A DNA stretch of 64,000 nucleotides from Oopsacas minuta (GCA_024704765.1 JAKMXF010000298.1:248001-312000), one strand, 5' to 3'; counted from the first letter of the stretch, positions 12,533-25,363 are shown. Notes: a model not told the origin generated them from the letters alone. Numbers and translations: made by a program.

Positions 12533-14159
12533 ATGGCATCTCAGATTGAGATGTTAGAGTACTGGGATCTTGGCTGTAAGGCTATTGAGAAAAAAGACTA
12601 TCCATCCGCCATTCAATACTTTGAGAGTATAATACAAAACAGTATTACTCCACCTGCTAATATATATTATAATAAAAGTATTGTTCATTTTATATTGGGA
12701 CAATTCGCAGAGGCAATATCAGTCCTGGACCAAGGTCTGCAGAAGAATGAACACATGGCGATTGGATACTTCCAGAGAGGAATTGTGAATATAAAATTGC
12801 GAAATGTCGATGAAGCATTGAGGGATTTCAATCGAACTATGGATAAGATGAGAGGCAACTTATTTATCGATTATAAACAGCTGGGTAAATATACATAACA
12901 CGAATTCTGTAATTGCCAATTTATTAGATATTTTTAGGAATGAACTTCAAACTATCTCAGATAGAAATCAGAATCAACATAGCTTACTGTATCAATGAAC
13001 AAGGCCGAGGTAAACTAGCTTTATCAGAGCTACAAAATGCAGCTGAGCTGAACATCCCGATTAAAAATAAAGTTATAGAAGGGCGCGTCGAGCGCTTTAA
13101 AGCTACTGGAAAAGTTGCTCTACTCTTATTACCGACTGAAGCCCTAAACTTTAAGCCACCTCAGTCCAAAATCGTAGCTAAAACTGAAAAAGATTATTTA
13201 GCCAAAGATAAAGGAAAAATATACTTGGAAGGTGACCAAAGATATACGCTCGATCCTCTACAGTCTGATTCTAGTGTAGAAGGTTTGTTGAACAAATAAT
13301 ATATGATTATTTGTGTCTAATTATTATATATTTCTAGCGCAATCTCTCGTTTCAAAACGTCCCCCCAAACCATCAAGCCCTGCACCCAATCTCAAAAACT
13401 CATCTGGACCAAACAGAAGACCACCTCCCCCTTCTAAGAAGCCTCCTCTCCCCAACAAGAAACCGGAACGTCCTTCACTCCCACCCATGCGTAAACAAGA
13501 TTCTAAAGCATCAAATCTAATAGTAAAAGTACACTACACATTCACAATAGCCCTCTATCTGGATCCACATGCAGCTATGCTGGATACATTCAAAGGGGAA
13601 GTAGCTAGGAAATTCAATATAAAACCGCATACAATATCTCTATGGTATAAATCACGTACTGAGCTAGTATGTATATTTGATGAGCCAACATTAAAGCATG
13701 CTCTATCACATCCCACCAATGAGTATAGAGTTACTATGTGGGCTTATGATGAGAAAGGTAAATACATTGATAATACAATCAACTCCTGTTATATGAAGTT
13801 CAAGAGATCGTGATAACTACTTCAATATAAGCTGCGTTCGATATCACTGAAGAAATATATGGTACTTTTATGGGTTGGGACCATATTTGTACAATTTCAG
13901 ACTTCGATATAACGGGAGTTGACTGTAGCACAATTTACAGTGATTTAATACGTGATATGAATGTATGCTTATGTTAACAGGTATTGAAGGGAAAGACTGC
14001 ATAGCTTTATACGATTTCAATCCGACAGAGGATTGTGATCTACCTTTCAGGGCTGGAGATATAATCTCAATACTGAACCAAATTAATAATCACTGGTTGG
14101 AAGGGAAGTTAGGTGAAAATACTGGTCTCTTTCCGAGAAACTATGTGAAGATTGATTGA
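12533..14159 (+). CDS. NCF2: NADPH oxidase activator (p67phox/NCF2-NOXA1-like): TPRs, activation segment, Pro-rich region, PB1, single SH3. Exons 12533-12884, 12938-13282, 13338-13757, 13981-14159
   Basis: EHMAIGYFQRG, MRGNLFIDYKQLGMNFKL, KDYL, KVHYTFT PB1 lysine motif, ALYDF..DLPF..GD.I..WLEG..GLFPRNYV SH3. Confidence 0.85.
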
Positions 14160-14455
14160 AGTTACCAGGTTTAATCAGAGAGTTTATAGAATAATGAAGC
14201 GTGACTTTTTGAGGAAATTTTATTATTATACTATAACTTTATCTTCATAAATATGTATATTAATTGTGTTGAAACAGATATATTTCTGAGATTCCTTATT
14301 TATTATCAGCATAGGAAATAAATTGGCAAATTGGCGAATTGGGTTGTACTACTCTTATGTCCACAAAACTTCTTTTCTGAATTTCCCATACTAACTGTAC
14401 TATACAGCAGTCAGCTATACAATTATATTAGAAATCAGTGTACTGTATGTACGCT

Positions 14456-15386
14456 ATGACACAGTCAGTAATATCAGAGTTCATAGAGAGTATCTGTCAT
14501 TACAAACAAGAGGATGACAACATGTGTGCTCAGCACTGTTTGAATGCACTCATACAGCAGCCTCATTTCCATGCTGCCCTGCTAGCAGAGATAGCTACTG
14601 AGCTAGATTTACAGGAAAGAGAGACTTATCTTGTGGGTGGAGCTGATAGTTTAGATTATCTTAAAGCTATGCAGGTAGATGTTTGTGTTTATTATTTACC
14701 CAACAGTCACTCGTTAATAATAAAAATAGTAGTAATTCTGCTTAATAAGAATTTAATACGAGTGTAACTTCCATAACATGGTGCATGAGGTAGGCCGAAG
14801 AATGTTTCCAAGTTTCTGGAGTTTCAACTACGAATTCGCTCTATTTATTTTCACTCCATTTCCAGATTTTTCCCGTTTGTGGAGGTTTCACTGTATATAA
14901 TTATAGGGTGCTTCTAACAATATGGACGATTCAGGCTGTTTCTCTATACAAGTTATAACTAAAGCCTTAAACAGTTTCAACTTAAACATAATGCCTATTT
15001 CAAGTAAAGATGCAGGAACAGCTTTATCTGAATCAGTGAAAGAATCCGCGTTCATATGTAATTTCCAATCTCACTGGTTCACAATACGCCGATTTAGTGA
15101 ACAGTGGGTTGATCTCAATTCACAGCTTAAACGTCCTAACCTTATATCAGATACTTATCTATCAATTTACCTTACTCAACTTGTTCAAGAAGGTTACTCA
15201 ATATTCGTAGTGAAAGGTGAATTACCTTATTGTATAGCAGATCAGCTGTCTGCTGCTTATGAATTAAAATCAATTAGTGATAATGGAGGTGACGTAATCA
15301 ATGAAATTGATAAAGATGAGATGCGACAGATTGAAGAGGCTATTTTTAACAGTATTCAGGCTGGAGGAGGGCAGAATGCTAATTAA
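14456..15386 (+). CDS. ATXN3: Ataxin-3-like Josephin deubiquitinase (~232 aa). Exons 14456-14674, 14907-15386
   Basis: KQE..CAQHCLN, NMDDSGCFSIQV, FICNFQSHWFTIR, WVDLNS (Cys-His-Asn triad intact), LISDTYL, GYSIFVVKG, one UIM-like EMRQIEEAIFNS. Confidence 0.92.
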
Positions 15387-15769
15387 TATGAATAACCAGA
15401 GCTCTACTGTAGTATACATATCCTGATCAATTCATAATTCTTAACGAGTACATATATGTTTGCTACTAGTTTCTTATATTAACTTTTTGAATTGAGTTCA
15501 TTTATGAGGGACTTTTTCGTCAGTAAATTGGGTTGCCACTGTTCCCAAAATTAGGGCTATCGATATTCGAGTTACGACCACACGATCGTGTGCAGTCAAC
15601 TCCTGTTGTATCGAACACGGATATATTGAAATACTTAAAGTCTGTAATTGTACAAATAAGGTCCTAAACTGTCAAAATAACAAATAATAACGAAGTAATT
15701 ATCACAGTATAGAGAAAAAACGTAAATATTCATTTGTTACACACTCAAATATCATAAATATATCAAAAA

Positions 15770-16866
15770 TTATTTTCTCTTATAAGGAAAATATATCTTA
15801 AAATGTTTATGTTTCCCTCTACTGAACATAACATCAAATGGAAGCCAGAATACACCACTAGTACCAAATACATCTCCTCCCTCGTATGCTAGCCCCTCTA
15901 CTTCTAATTTAATTCCAGAATTTTTGTAAGAAGATTTGCACTGTGTCATCAAAATAGACGAATAATCTTCTAATCCCATTTCATTAGTTGTATGTGGGTC
16001 TAGTACTAATACATAATGAGTATGTTTGAAAATAGTGTCAGGCTTCGCGATTATTTTCACACATCCTGCTAGTGTATACGCGTATATAACGTCATCAATC
16101 ATGATATGGGTACCTTCTTCTTCGAAATGGGTCATGATCTTCTCTGGTAGACCATTGAGTTCATCTTCCTTATCACTCCAAACTTGTTCTACTCGGCCTT
16201 TAACTCTGTATTTGGAAAGGTATGTGTGTGCGTAATCTGGATCAATCCATTGCCTAGGTTTTGTTATCTTTAGTGTGGATTGTATGTCTTTTATTGACGG
16301 AATTGTTTTAGTGAGTACTGCTTTGTCTTCTAACTATAAAAGTTGTATTTTCTAGAATAATCTATCAATTGCGTATAACCTATTTTGATGACAGATATTG
16401 GAGAAACTTGGCAAGAAACGACAATTTTGCTATTTTTTGCTATATTACTGGGTGTTTTTCGGGTATAATAGTGGAAATAATAAAAATCCAGTGATTTGGC
16501 AATGAAAATACCGAGAAAATTGTAAAAGGGGTTGTTAACTATGCGTGACCAAATTTCCGTCAAAACAAATACTACCTTAATTTCCTTGACTTTATGTATA
16601 ACATCTTCTATCGCTGTGTTATCTTTGTTTTCACTCTTATCCTGTGTAATACAACTTATCAATGTCTGTAGTGCTCTATAAGCACAGCCCCAACCTTCAT
16701 CAATCTCTCCACAACAATTATAATGGTAATACTCACTCTCCACTGACTGCCTATGTTGTATTATCTCGAATAAGCCATCATCTCCTTTTGAGAGAGACAC
16801 AAACATTTTATTCATTAAATTCACCAGTCCATATACAGGTTCTATTATGGTAGAAGATTCTGCCAT
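15770..16866 (-). CDS. UFSP1: UFM1-specific protease, UFSP1-like (peptidase C78, catalytic domain only, ~284 aa). Exons 16866-16576, 16333-15770
   Basis: YYHYNCCG..DEGWGCAYRALQTL (catalytic Cys), IPSIKDIQSTL, RQWI, YVLVLDPH (Asp-His); splice join reconstructed in frame. Confidence 0.8.
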
Positions 16867-17073
16867 TGGAACAGCTGGAAAGTGTGTGAATTAACGAACT
16901 CGCTTGTGAACAAAATTAGACATAAACTGTTGTATAATTACAGATCATTAAACACATCCCAATAAATATTTTAAAGATTATATTAATAATCCACAATTAC
17001 TTTTAAATAATGAATAGGAATATTATTGTCAAAGTCTGTTCTGATTTCCGCTACTGATGGTGAGTATATTCGC

Positions 17074-20000
17074 TTATATGATTGTATTCGTAAGAAATTG
17101 ATAGATAAATGTAGTTTTCTTTTTTGCAATGGAGAGCTCATCTCTGTTCGGATTTTGTTCCATTTTCGATTTTGCTCCGAGGTTGTATTCTGATCTCAGT
17201 AAAATCGAGCCGAATATATGTGAGATAGGGAGTGTATACAGTGCGTTATCTCTAAGCAAGTGATTCAGGAAGCGGATTAAGTAGCGAAAAGTAGTCTTGT
17301 GTGATTCTGGTAATTCCTTCAACACAACCTAATGCATTAAAATATTAAATAAATCCATCGAGCGGAGCTTGTAGATAGAAAAGATAATTCGTCAGTCAAA
17401 TTCAATGCTTTTCATTCAAAAGTATGTAAAAAGATAGAAATATTCTTTTCTTGGCTCAATTTATGAAAAATTCAATCTCAAAATACTCACTTGTTTGCAG
17501 ATGGTATAATTCGAGCTAGCATCAAGACATTTCATTTGTAGATGGAATGGAATAACAGGATTTTCTAGTGCAGCTAGAAACGTTATGAGACAAGCTGCTA
17601 TTGAATGTACACTCCCAGTTAATGGATCTCCTTTATCTAAACATTTTCTTATGTTGTCCATCTCCCATTTTAAACCTCTCTCCTAAAAATATGATTTACT
17701 GTAAAACCTTCACAAACGGAGAGGCATTTTCCGGTGTCCCCGTTTGTGGAGGTTACACTGCTTAAACGCTGTTAAGCAAAATATGTAAAATAAAAAGTTA
17801 ATCCAAAACTGACTTGAAATAGATTCTCTGTCTTGCCCGCATGTTCTTTGAGATATTCCACCATAGCAACGAGTTCCTGTGGCAACTCAACATTATCATC
17901 TAGCATAAGAGACTGTATGTATCTGCTGGCTGGTTCAGGTATTGCCGTGACGTCATCAACGTCAATTAGATTACCAGTTGGTACACGTGCTTGAAAGAAC
18001 GGAACTCGTAAGTGGCTTAAGTATTCAAGCGATGATCCGAAACATGATGCAATGTATGTTGCTATTGAAATGATATATAATATAATTTTATAGAAAATGA
18101 TTTCTTTAAAATTGTACAAACCTTGAATAGTTATGAAGAAATCTTTTCCTCCTTCAAGATGTAAAATTAAAATATCTTCTAAATTCTTGTCTTTATCCAA
18201 AGTCGAAGCAATCTCTTCTTTTATTTCGATCGTGAATTGTAGCTCGATGCTTTCAGTTGTGTTGATCACGCTTGATTCCGGGCTAATACTAAGCCAGGGC
18301 TTACAAATATCTATCTCGTCTATCTTTGGAATGAAAGACAGTGAAACTGGACTCTGTCCTACGTTTTTAACTGTTATGCCTCTTGTTTCTGGATGTCCGA
18401 AATGGATTTCTTGGAATTTAAGTGTCTAAAGTAGCATTCTTAATTTCGTATTCAAATATTTAATCGTATTTACATACCAATTCGCTTATCTCAACTTGAG
18501 GTAAATATTCGTTTTCTTCTTTGTCCAGTTGCCAACATATATCTTCAAAAACATACCTCTCTTTTTTACTATCAATTACTTTCATTCCCACCTAGAAAAT
18601 AAAAATTTCCAAAATAACTTCTTAGAGATGGCATCTAAAATACCCACATATGACGTACAGGCCGTATCAATAAACATTTTGATATCAGGTACTCCAGGTG
18701 TTGGTAAATCCACACATGCAGCAGAGCTCGCCAGTAGAATTGGACTAAAGTACATTAATATTAACGATACGGCGAAAGAAGGGGATATGTACGATGGATG
18801 GGATAGCGAGTTGGAAAGCAAGATACTAAACGAAGATATGATTCTAGAAGAAATAGGATTATTGATAAAGAAAGGAGGTTGTGTAGTTGATTATCATAGT
18901 TGTGATTTGTTTCCAAAATCCTGGTTCAAGTTAGTGTTTGTGCTACGAACAGATAACACTGTGTTATATGACAGACTGAAGGAGCGAGGTTATAACGAGG
19001 TTAAAATGAAGAATAATATTGAATGTGAAATATTTCAAGAATTACTGGAGGAAGCAAGAGAACATTTTGGTATTGATAGTGTAATTGAGTTGTTCAGTAA
19101 TTATGTAGATGATATTGAGAAGAATTTAGAGATAATGATTGCGACAATTAAAGGCTTAAAATAATTCTATTAGAATTTATTATTTGTAGATTTTCGCGTG
19201 AACATTATTATTTCTTTGTGAATTGATTTTTGTTACAAATAAGTTTCAAAGATTCAAACATCTCCCGTTTTATCGAACACGGATAGTTAACAGACTGTAG
19301 TTGACTGATATTATAAAAAATAATAATTTTAAGATTTTTATGTTAGCTAGAATACGTCACAAACATTACATTATACTTCTAGTAAGTTCCTGTGTATTAA
19401 TATACCTCATCTACAACACATTAAAATATGATATAGTGACGTCAGATCGTAGTGTAGTACTGGTAACTGGTGCAGCTGGGCTGGTAGGATCGCATTTGTG
19501 TGAAGAATTACTTAAACGGAACTACATAGTATATGGATTGGATAATTTATCAACTGGACAGATACGGAATATTAATTGGTTGAATAGTTTAAGAGATTTC
19601 TACTTTGTAAACAGAGATGTAACAGATAAATGGGAAGACGGATTCACTAGATTAGATGAGATATATCATATGGCTTCACCTGCATCTCCAAAAGCTTATT
19701 TCAAAGATCCAATAGGTGAATTTTACAGTAGAAACCGGAAATATTTAATTTTAACAATTTCTTTTAAGGTACATATCGTGCTAATACAATAGGAACAGAA
19801 AGCATGATTGAGCTAGCAGGAAGACACTCAGCTCGTCTGTTATTCGCTTCATCTTCAGAGGTATACGGTGACCCATTGACACACCCACAAACAGAGATAT
19901 ATTGGGGTAATGTGAACCCCTATGGACCAAGAGCTTGTTATGATGAGTCAAAGCGTATGGGAGAAACTCTGTGTTTTATAGCTCAACAGCTGTATGGTAC

Positions 20001-23000
20001 AGAAATAAGAATAGCGAGGATATTTAATACATTTGGACCAAGGATGCATCCAGAAGATGGAAGAGTTATAAGTAACTTCATTATGAACGGGATCAAAGGT
20101 AAATTGATAATTTCCGCGAAATTTACACAAAGTTATATTTATAAATTAGGCGATGATATTTTCATATATGGAGATGGTATGAAAACAAGATCTTTCATGT
20201 ACATTTCTGATTTGGTAGATGGCCTTATTCGATTAATGGCTAGTAACAACAGCTCACCGATAAATTTAGGAAATCCTTATGAAGAGCATAATGTGTTAAA
20301 AGTCGCGAAAATTATCCAAGAACTGTTAGCAGAGAGAGGGATAGCAAGAACAAGAATAAATTATATACAAGCTCTACAAGATGACCCTACCAAGAGAAAA
20401 CCAGATATCTCAAAGGCAGAGGAATTGTTGGATTGGAGACCTACTGTAAGCTTTGAAGATGGATTGAGGAAAACCATTGATTATTTTATAGAATTATACA
20501 AATAAATAAATATATATTTGTGTAGCCTGAATGTGCCCACAACATGCCATGTCCTGCCCACCCACTTGAAAGTTCATGTCATAAGTCAAAGGTTCCTGAC
20601 TAAGCCAAATCCATGAACTTTTTCATGATTTGACACAGTGATTTGTCTGTATTGTCCCTATAATGTCATATAAATAATTGCTATGTTCTGAAAATATACA
20701 GTAATTACCTCGAAATAAGCAGATACAGGTTTATGATCACTAATCTTTATCTGAGGATGACTCTTATAGTCTAACAATCCGATATTTGATCCTCTCCACA
20801 ATATCCTATCGCACCATGCAGGGGGTCTGTGTTTCTCACTGCTATCCCAATCATCTGTACCAGGATTGTATTTGTAGGTAGGTTTAAATGATAATGGGGC
20901 TTCGAAAAACTCCTAAAAATTCAACAATCTAAAATTATATAATTGTAAATATTGCTCTTATCCTTACAGAGAATACTCTATCCTTCTCAATCTCTATTCT
21001 AAGTTGATCATATTCGTAGAGTTTTTCGTATTCTTCTTTTGCTATTAGTTCTTTTAAAGTGTCAATTGTTACTTCAGGTGTTGTAATCAACCTTTCGGAG
21101 TAAATAAAATATAATGAAACGTGTAATACATAGGAACGATTTTTGACATTCTCCATTCGTTTTTAAAACCGGCGAAAAAATTAACGCAATCCACCTCAAA
21201 TCACACCCAGAATATTACCTGTAGTTCAGATCACCTAACCACACAACAATATCATGAGCATTAATGGTCTTAGTCTTCAATGGTACTTCAAACCGAGTTT
21301 TAGTTAGAATATCATTAAAATCCTGATTCCTACGTTCTACCTCACTAACATGAGCTGCTAGATGTGAATTTACAAAACAAATCTCTGTGTGATGGAATCT
21401 GAACCGTATACTAACTCCACCTTTATTACCCTACAAAATATACTGAGAATAATTGGGGGAATTTGTTATATAAAAAAGACTTACAATAATTCCCAAAACT
21501 CCAGTAGGGACACTATGAGAATCAACTTCTGATATGTAGGAGTATAACTTGGCCTTACAATACACTAGTAGGTATACGCCCACCATACGGAGAGCTTTCA
21601 CACATCTGTAAACAACTATATCACGGAAACACACCTCAATAGCTTCCTTCCATTCATCTTCCATCTTATTGCCACTCGTCATTAGAGCTTCAGGACTCAG
21701 ATCAAGTTCCTATTTTATATCGGTATATTAATAGTTTTGGGCCAACAGATTAATTCTGTTATATAGGGGAGGCTCCAGTATTTCCCAACCAGAGGTAAAT
21801 GACGGGTCAAAATGGCCTATATGCCAAATTCATTTAGGTCATCTTGACTCGATAACGCGATATGCCCAAATTCGGAAATTTTTGAAATTTCCAGTAAAAT
21901 ATTATCTATAATATTTTCATTTATTTGTGTATTAGCTAACCTGAAATCCTATGACGTATAGATCTGGCATCCTAGATCCTTCAAGAGTATCAGTTAACCA
22001 TTTTCTAAGTGATGGAGGTGATGGCTTTCCATTGACATTGAAAGTAGTCACGAGAATGAAGTGAGAATCCTGATAGGTGAATTCAGCATGCCTAGCTCTC
22101 ATTTTCGAATACACAACCTGATGTGGAAGTAGGTTTAACTCTAGCTTGTATTGACAGAGCAGATCAGTGTTTAGTATGTTCATATTAATCCAATTCAGCC
22201 ATAAATTTGTATTAGTTGTATGTATACCTTCCCGGCTCATACACTGATCATGGGAGGTGAAACTCTCACTACGAACAAGTTGGGTTACCCCCTTGCCCTG
22301 TGTAAGAATGCTTAATCTAATGCGATGTTTTAATCTCTGTATTTACACACAGTTACTCCGTACAAATTATCTACGGATTTATTATTCTAGTGAACCGTAA
22401 ACTTTGAAATCTAAATATTAAACAAGATTGGACTAAATATATGAAAATGTGTATATCTCTAATTCTGTATAGATAGCCTGGAGAAGATCCACGACTTCCA
22501 GTGTATGCATAAATTCGATAATTTCGGGTTATAATTACGATTAAACCAACCTTTTCTCTGAGACTAGCAGACATTCGTCTCCTCTCATTATCAGCTAGTT
22601 GTAAAGGACCTTTGTGGAATGGTCTTTGAGGCTCTTGATGACCATGTGACGTAGCCCAATTGTCTTGAATAGTACGGATTGCTGTACCAATTGCTTGGGG
22701 AAACTAAATAACCAATAAATAATATAGAAATAAACATGCACAGCCCATTCAATGTCAACTTACTTTTTTCTTTGATTTTGTCCTGAAATGAGGGTCACTA
22801 TCTGCTCGAGACTGAGCAAAATTTTCCATTTGTAGGTTACTTGTTTCAAAACCCGCTTTTACGTCATCAATAATTACAGAATGTTCTTGTGATTCACTAG
22901 AATTCTGGTACATTACATCTAGACTAGTGTCTTTATCTGTTTCACCTGGTGTTATGTAGAATACGCTTCTTACTTTCTAACAAGATTAAAAGTATTTTTA

Positions 23001-25363
23001 ATTGTATTTATCAACGATGATAAAGTTCGTACTAAAAGCCTAATAATTCAATCCTAATAATGAAAGTATGGAAATCAGAATTAAAATATTCGGGACTAGA
23101 TCATCTCTCACATACCATTAACAATCAATTAGTTTAATAGAAAATGTGAGTATCCAAACTGTATGGATTTTCTCGAGTCGGACCATAGATAGTGGAACCT
23201 CGTTAATAGTTAATACAAATTTCCAGGTAAGACGAACAAATATTTACACCAAAACAGGTCCCTACAATGGTTATTCAATTGGTATTACTCCTAATAAAGG
23301 GAACACATTTTGACGTCCATTAGTGTTTGTATTAACGAGGTTCCAATGTAATAATTTTCAAGTTTCTTATGACTTGATTACTCTCTTTCTGATCGAATTT
23401 GAATTGTATCCATAGTCCAGTGCAATTAAGCTTTAATATTACGTGTTTGTGTTGAGCACTAGGAGAATGATTAGAAGCACTACTACTAGAAGATAGAGAG
23501 ATGTCCATTCTCAAATCATTATCTGACTTAGAATTACGCTTATTTGCAGTCACAGTAGTACTTTCTCCATTAGAGTTAATAGGATCCATATCTGTATAGA
23601 AAGTTGAAAAACTAGATGTCAAACGACCTTGATCATCATAAGACTAGAAAAATCGTATATATTACAATCAAGAATTACAGATTCTTAAATTCAATCCATG
23701 GTGCATGTAGGAAATTTCTTACCTGCTTTTTAACTTTTTTGTGTTCTTTGAATTTAACTAAATTTGATTCGCTTCTGCTTATTTCTTTTCTTCTTTCTTC
23801 TCTATTAACATTTTTAGAATGTCTTGATACTTTTAAGAATGTATCCCGATTTTCAAACAGCTGGATATCAGCTGATGTCAAACTAACAGAATCTTGTGAA
23901 TACTTTCTCATTGGGGAAAATGGATCCAGGGTAGTTATGTTATGTTCTTGGTGTGTATAGGAATGTTTAGGAGGACTATTAGAATTATCGAGATCAATTA
24001 ATGGAACAGTACAAGAATCTTCTATTGAGTTTGATAACAGCAATGAATTCTATAAGAATAATAATATAATATTAATACAATCAAGCTCTACTTGGTTATT
24101 ATCAATGTTAATTTGTATATTTCGCAGTTATAAGAAAAGATTCAGCGAACCATGACTTAATTTACTATACGGTATAATCTCTTTAAAACGGAAATACTGA
24201 TACAGTCAACTCCTGTTACGTATATCGAAGTCTGAAATTTGACAAATATAGTCACAAACCGTTAAACTAACTTATATTTCATTGATTATATCGAAGTCAT
24301 TATCGCGGTCCCTTGAGCTTCGATATAACGGGCGTTGACTTCATACACTCTAACAATCAAAACTCACTCTTATCTCTTCAGGATTTGTAACAGCTATAAG
24401 TTCTCTGTAATATTCCAACCAACTAAACACTAATTCTTGATTTCTAGAATTATGTATAGCCTGTTTAACTTTCTGTAGAATTTCTAATAATGTCACTGAA
24501 CATGGCAGTAGTAATGATAGAATCTGTGTATTGCCAACTAAATAGAAATCAGCATGGAAATACGTATGTATCTGATAGTTTAATTATGATTGCCATCAGT
24601 CAATTAAAACTTAATAGCCAGTCTGGGAGCAAAGCGTGCTTCCCAGCGTTCTATCAGAAAATAGTCTATTCCTGCTCTCAAATAAGCGTTCTATACTTTT
24701 CGCTATACTTTCAGGAATAGATTGAACTATAGCAGGGGAAAAATTGCTCCCAGTTGACCATAAGACATAATTTTGTAAATTGACTCGTTGGTCACATAAT
24801 TATCATATTTACGCACCAGTAATAGTGATATCCACTTCACTCTCCTCCAGCATAGATGCTCGTTTCCTGCCTGTAGTTTTCTGCTGTATATCAACTGCTG
24901 GAGTAATTGCTATAAAGTCTTCAAGTACTAACAAATCTGCTCCTGTATTAGCCCTGTTGAGTTGTTTCTCAGATGTAAATGGACAGAAAAGAAAGAGAGC
25001 ATCTTCTTTCACAGAGTTTATCAGTGCTAGAGACTTCATAGAACCAGTACCTATACACACACAGCTATAACAGACTTCAATATAAGCGAGTATTCGTTGT
25101 ATTCGTGTTCGATTTACGGGAGTTGACTGTAGCTGTATTTTGCAAATTCTCAGATTTTCGAGCCCTACAATTCAACCTTATACGTATAGCTATATACCTG
25201 ATTCCTGTACATGCATACACTTTATGCTCTTCACACATTTCTCAGTAGGTCTGATAATCTTCCTTATATCTTTACTGAATTTATCCTCCACAATACTGGG
25301 GTGTGGTTGTATTCCCAGAGACACAAGACTCTCGATAGGCGCAGTATCTCCAGTGATACTCAT
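17074..25363 (-). CDS. OCRL: OCRL/INPP5B inositol polyphosphate 5-phosphatase (PH, 5-phosphatase, ASH, RhoGAP-like), 17 exons: 25363-25198, 25064-24817, 24537-24368, 24049-23723, 23643-23382, 22945-22764, 22703-22551, 22297-21941, 21709-21485, 21430-21219, 21091-20968, 20912-20709, 18591-18478, 18425-18122, 18061-17814, 17682-17491, 17328-17074
   Basis: [71 protein letters not shown], RhoGAP ENLFQ (Gln in place of the Arg finger), clathrin box LIDVD, no CAAX; all junctions GT-AG and in phase. Confidence 0.92.
18628..19164 (+). CDS. AK6: Adenylate kinase 6 (hCINAP/Fap7), intronless, nested antisense in an OCRL intron
   Basis: [15 protein letters not shown]-loop, [41 protein letters not shown]; likely ATG at 18628. 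Confidence 0.93.
   Translation: MASKIPTYDVQAVSINILISGTPGVGKSTHAAELASRIGLKYININDTAKEGDMYDGWDSELESKILNEDMILEEIGLLIKKGGCVVDYHSCDLFPKSWFKLVFVLRTDNTVLYDRLKERGYNEVKMKNNIECEIFQELLEEAREHFGIDSVIELFSNYVDDIEKNLEIMIATIKGLK
19340..20505 (+). CDS. UXS1: UDP-glucuronate decarboxylase (UDP-xylose synthase), nested antisense in the same OCRL intron. Exons 19340-19715, 19769-20098, 20150-20505
   Basis: N-terminal [85 protein letters not shown]. Confidence 0.95.
24203..24341. mobile_element. MITE family A (TIR CAGTCAACTCC(C/T)GTTATATCGAA)
   Basis: tacagtcaactcctgtt ... cttcgatataacgggcgttgact inverted ends, shared core gtcccttgagcttcg. Confidence 0.8.

Noticed and set aside
18529-18627. N-terminal extension of AK6 given by the ORF track
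   Set aside because: Starts at a non-ATG codon and is the antisense of an OCRL exon; homology begins after ATG 18628
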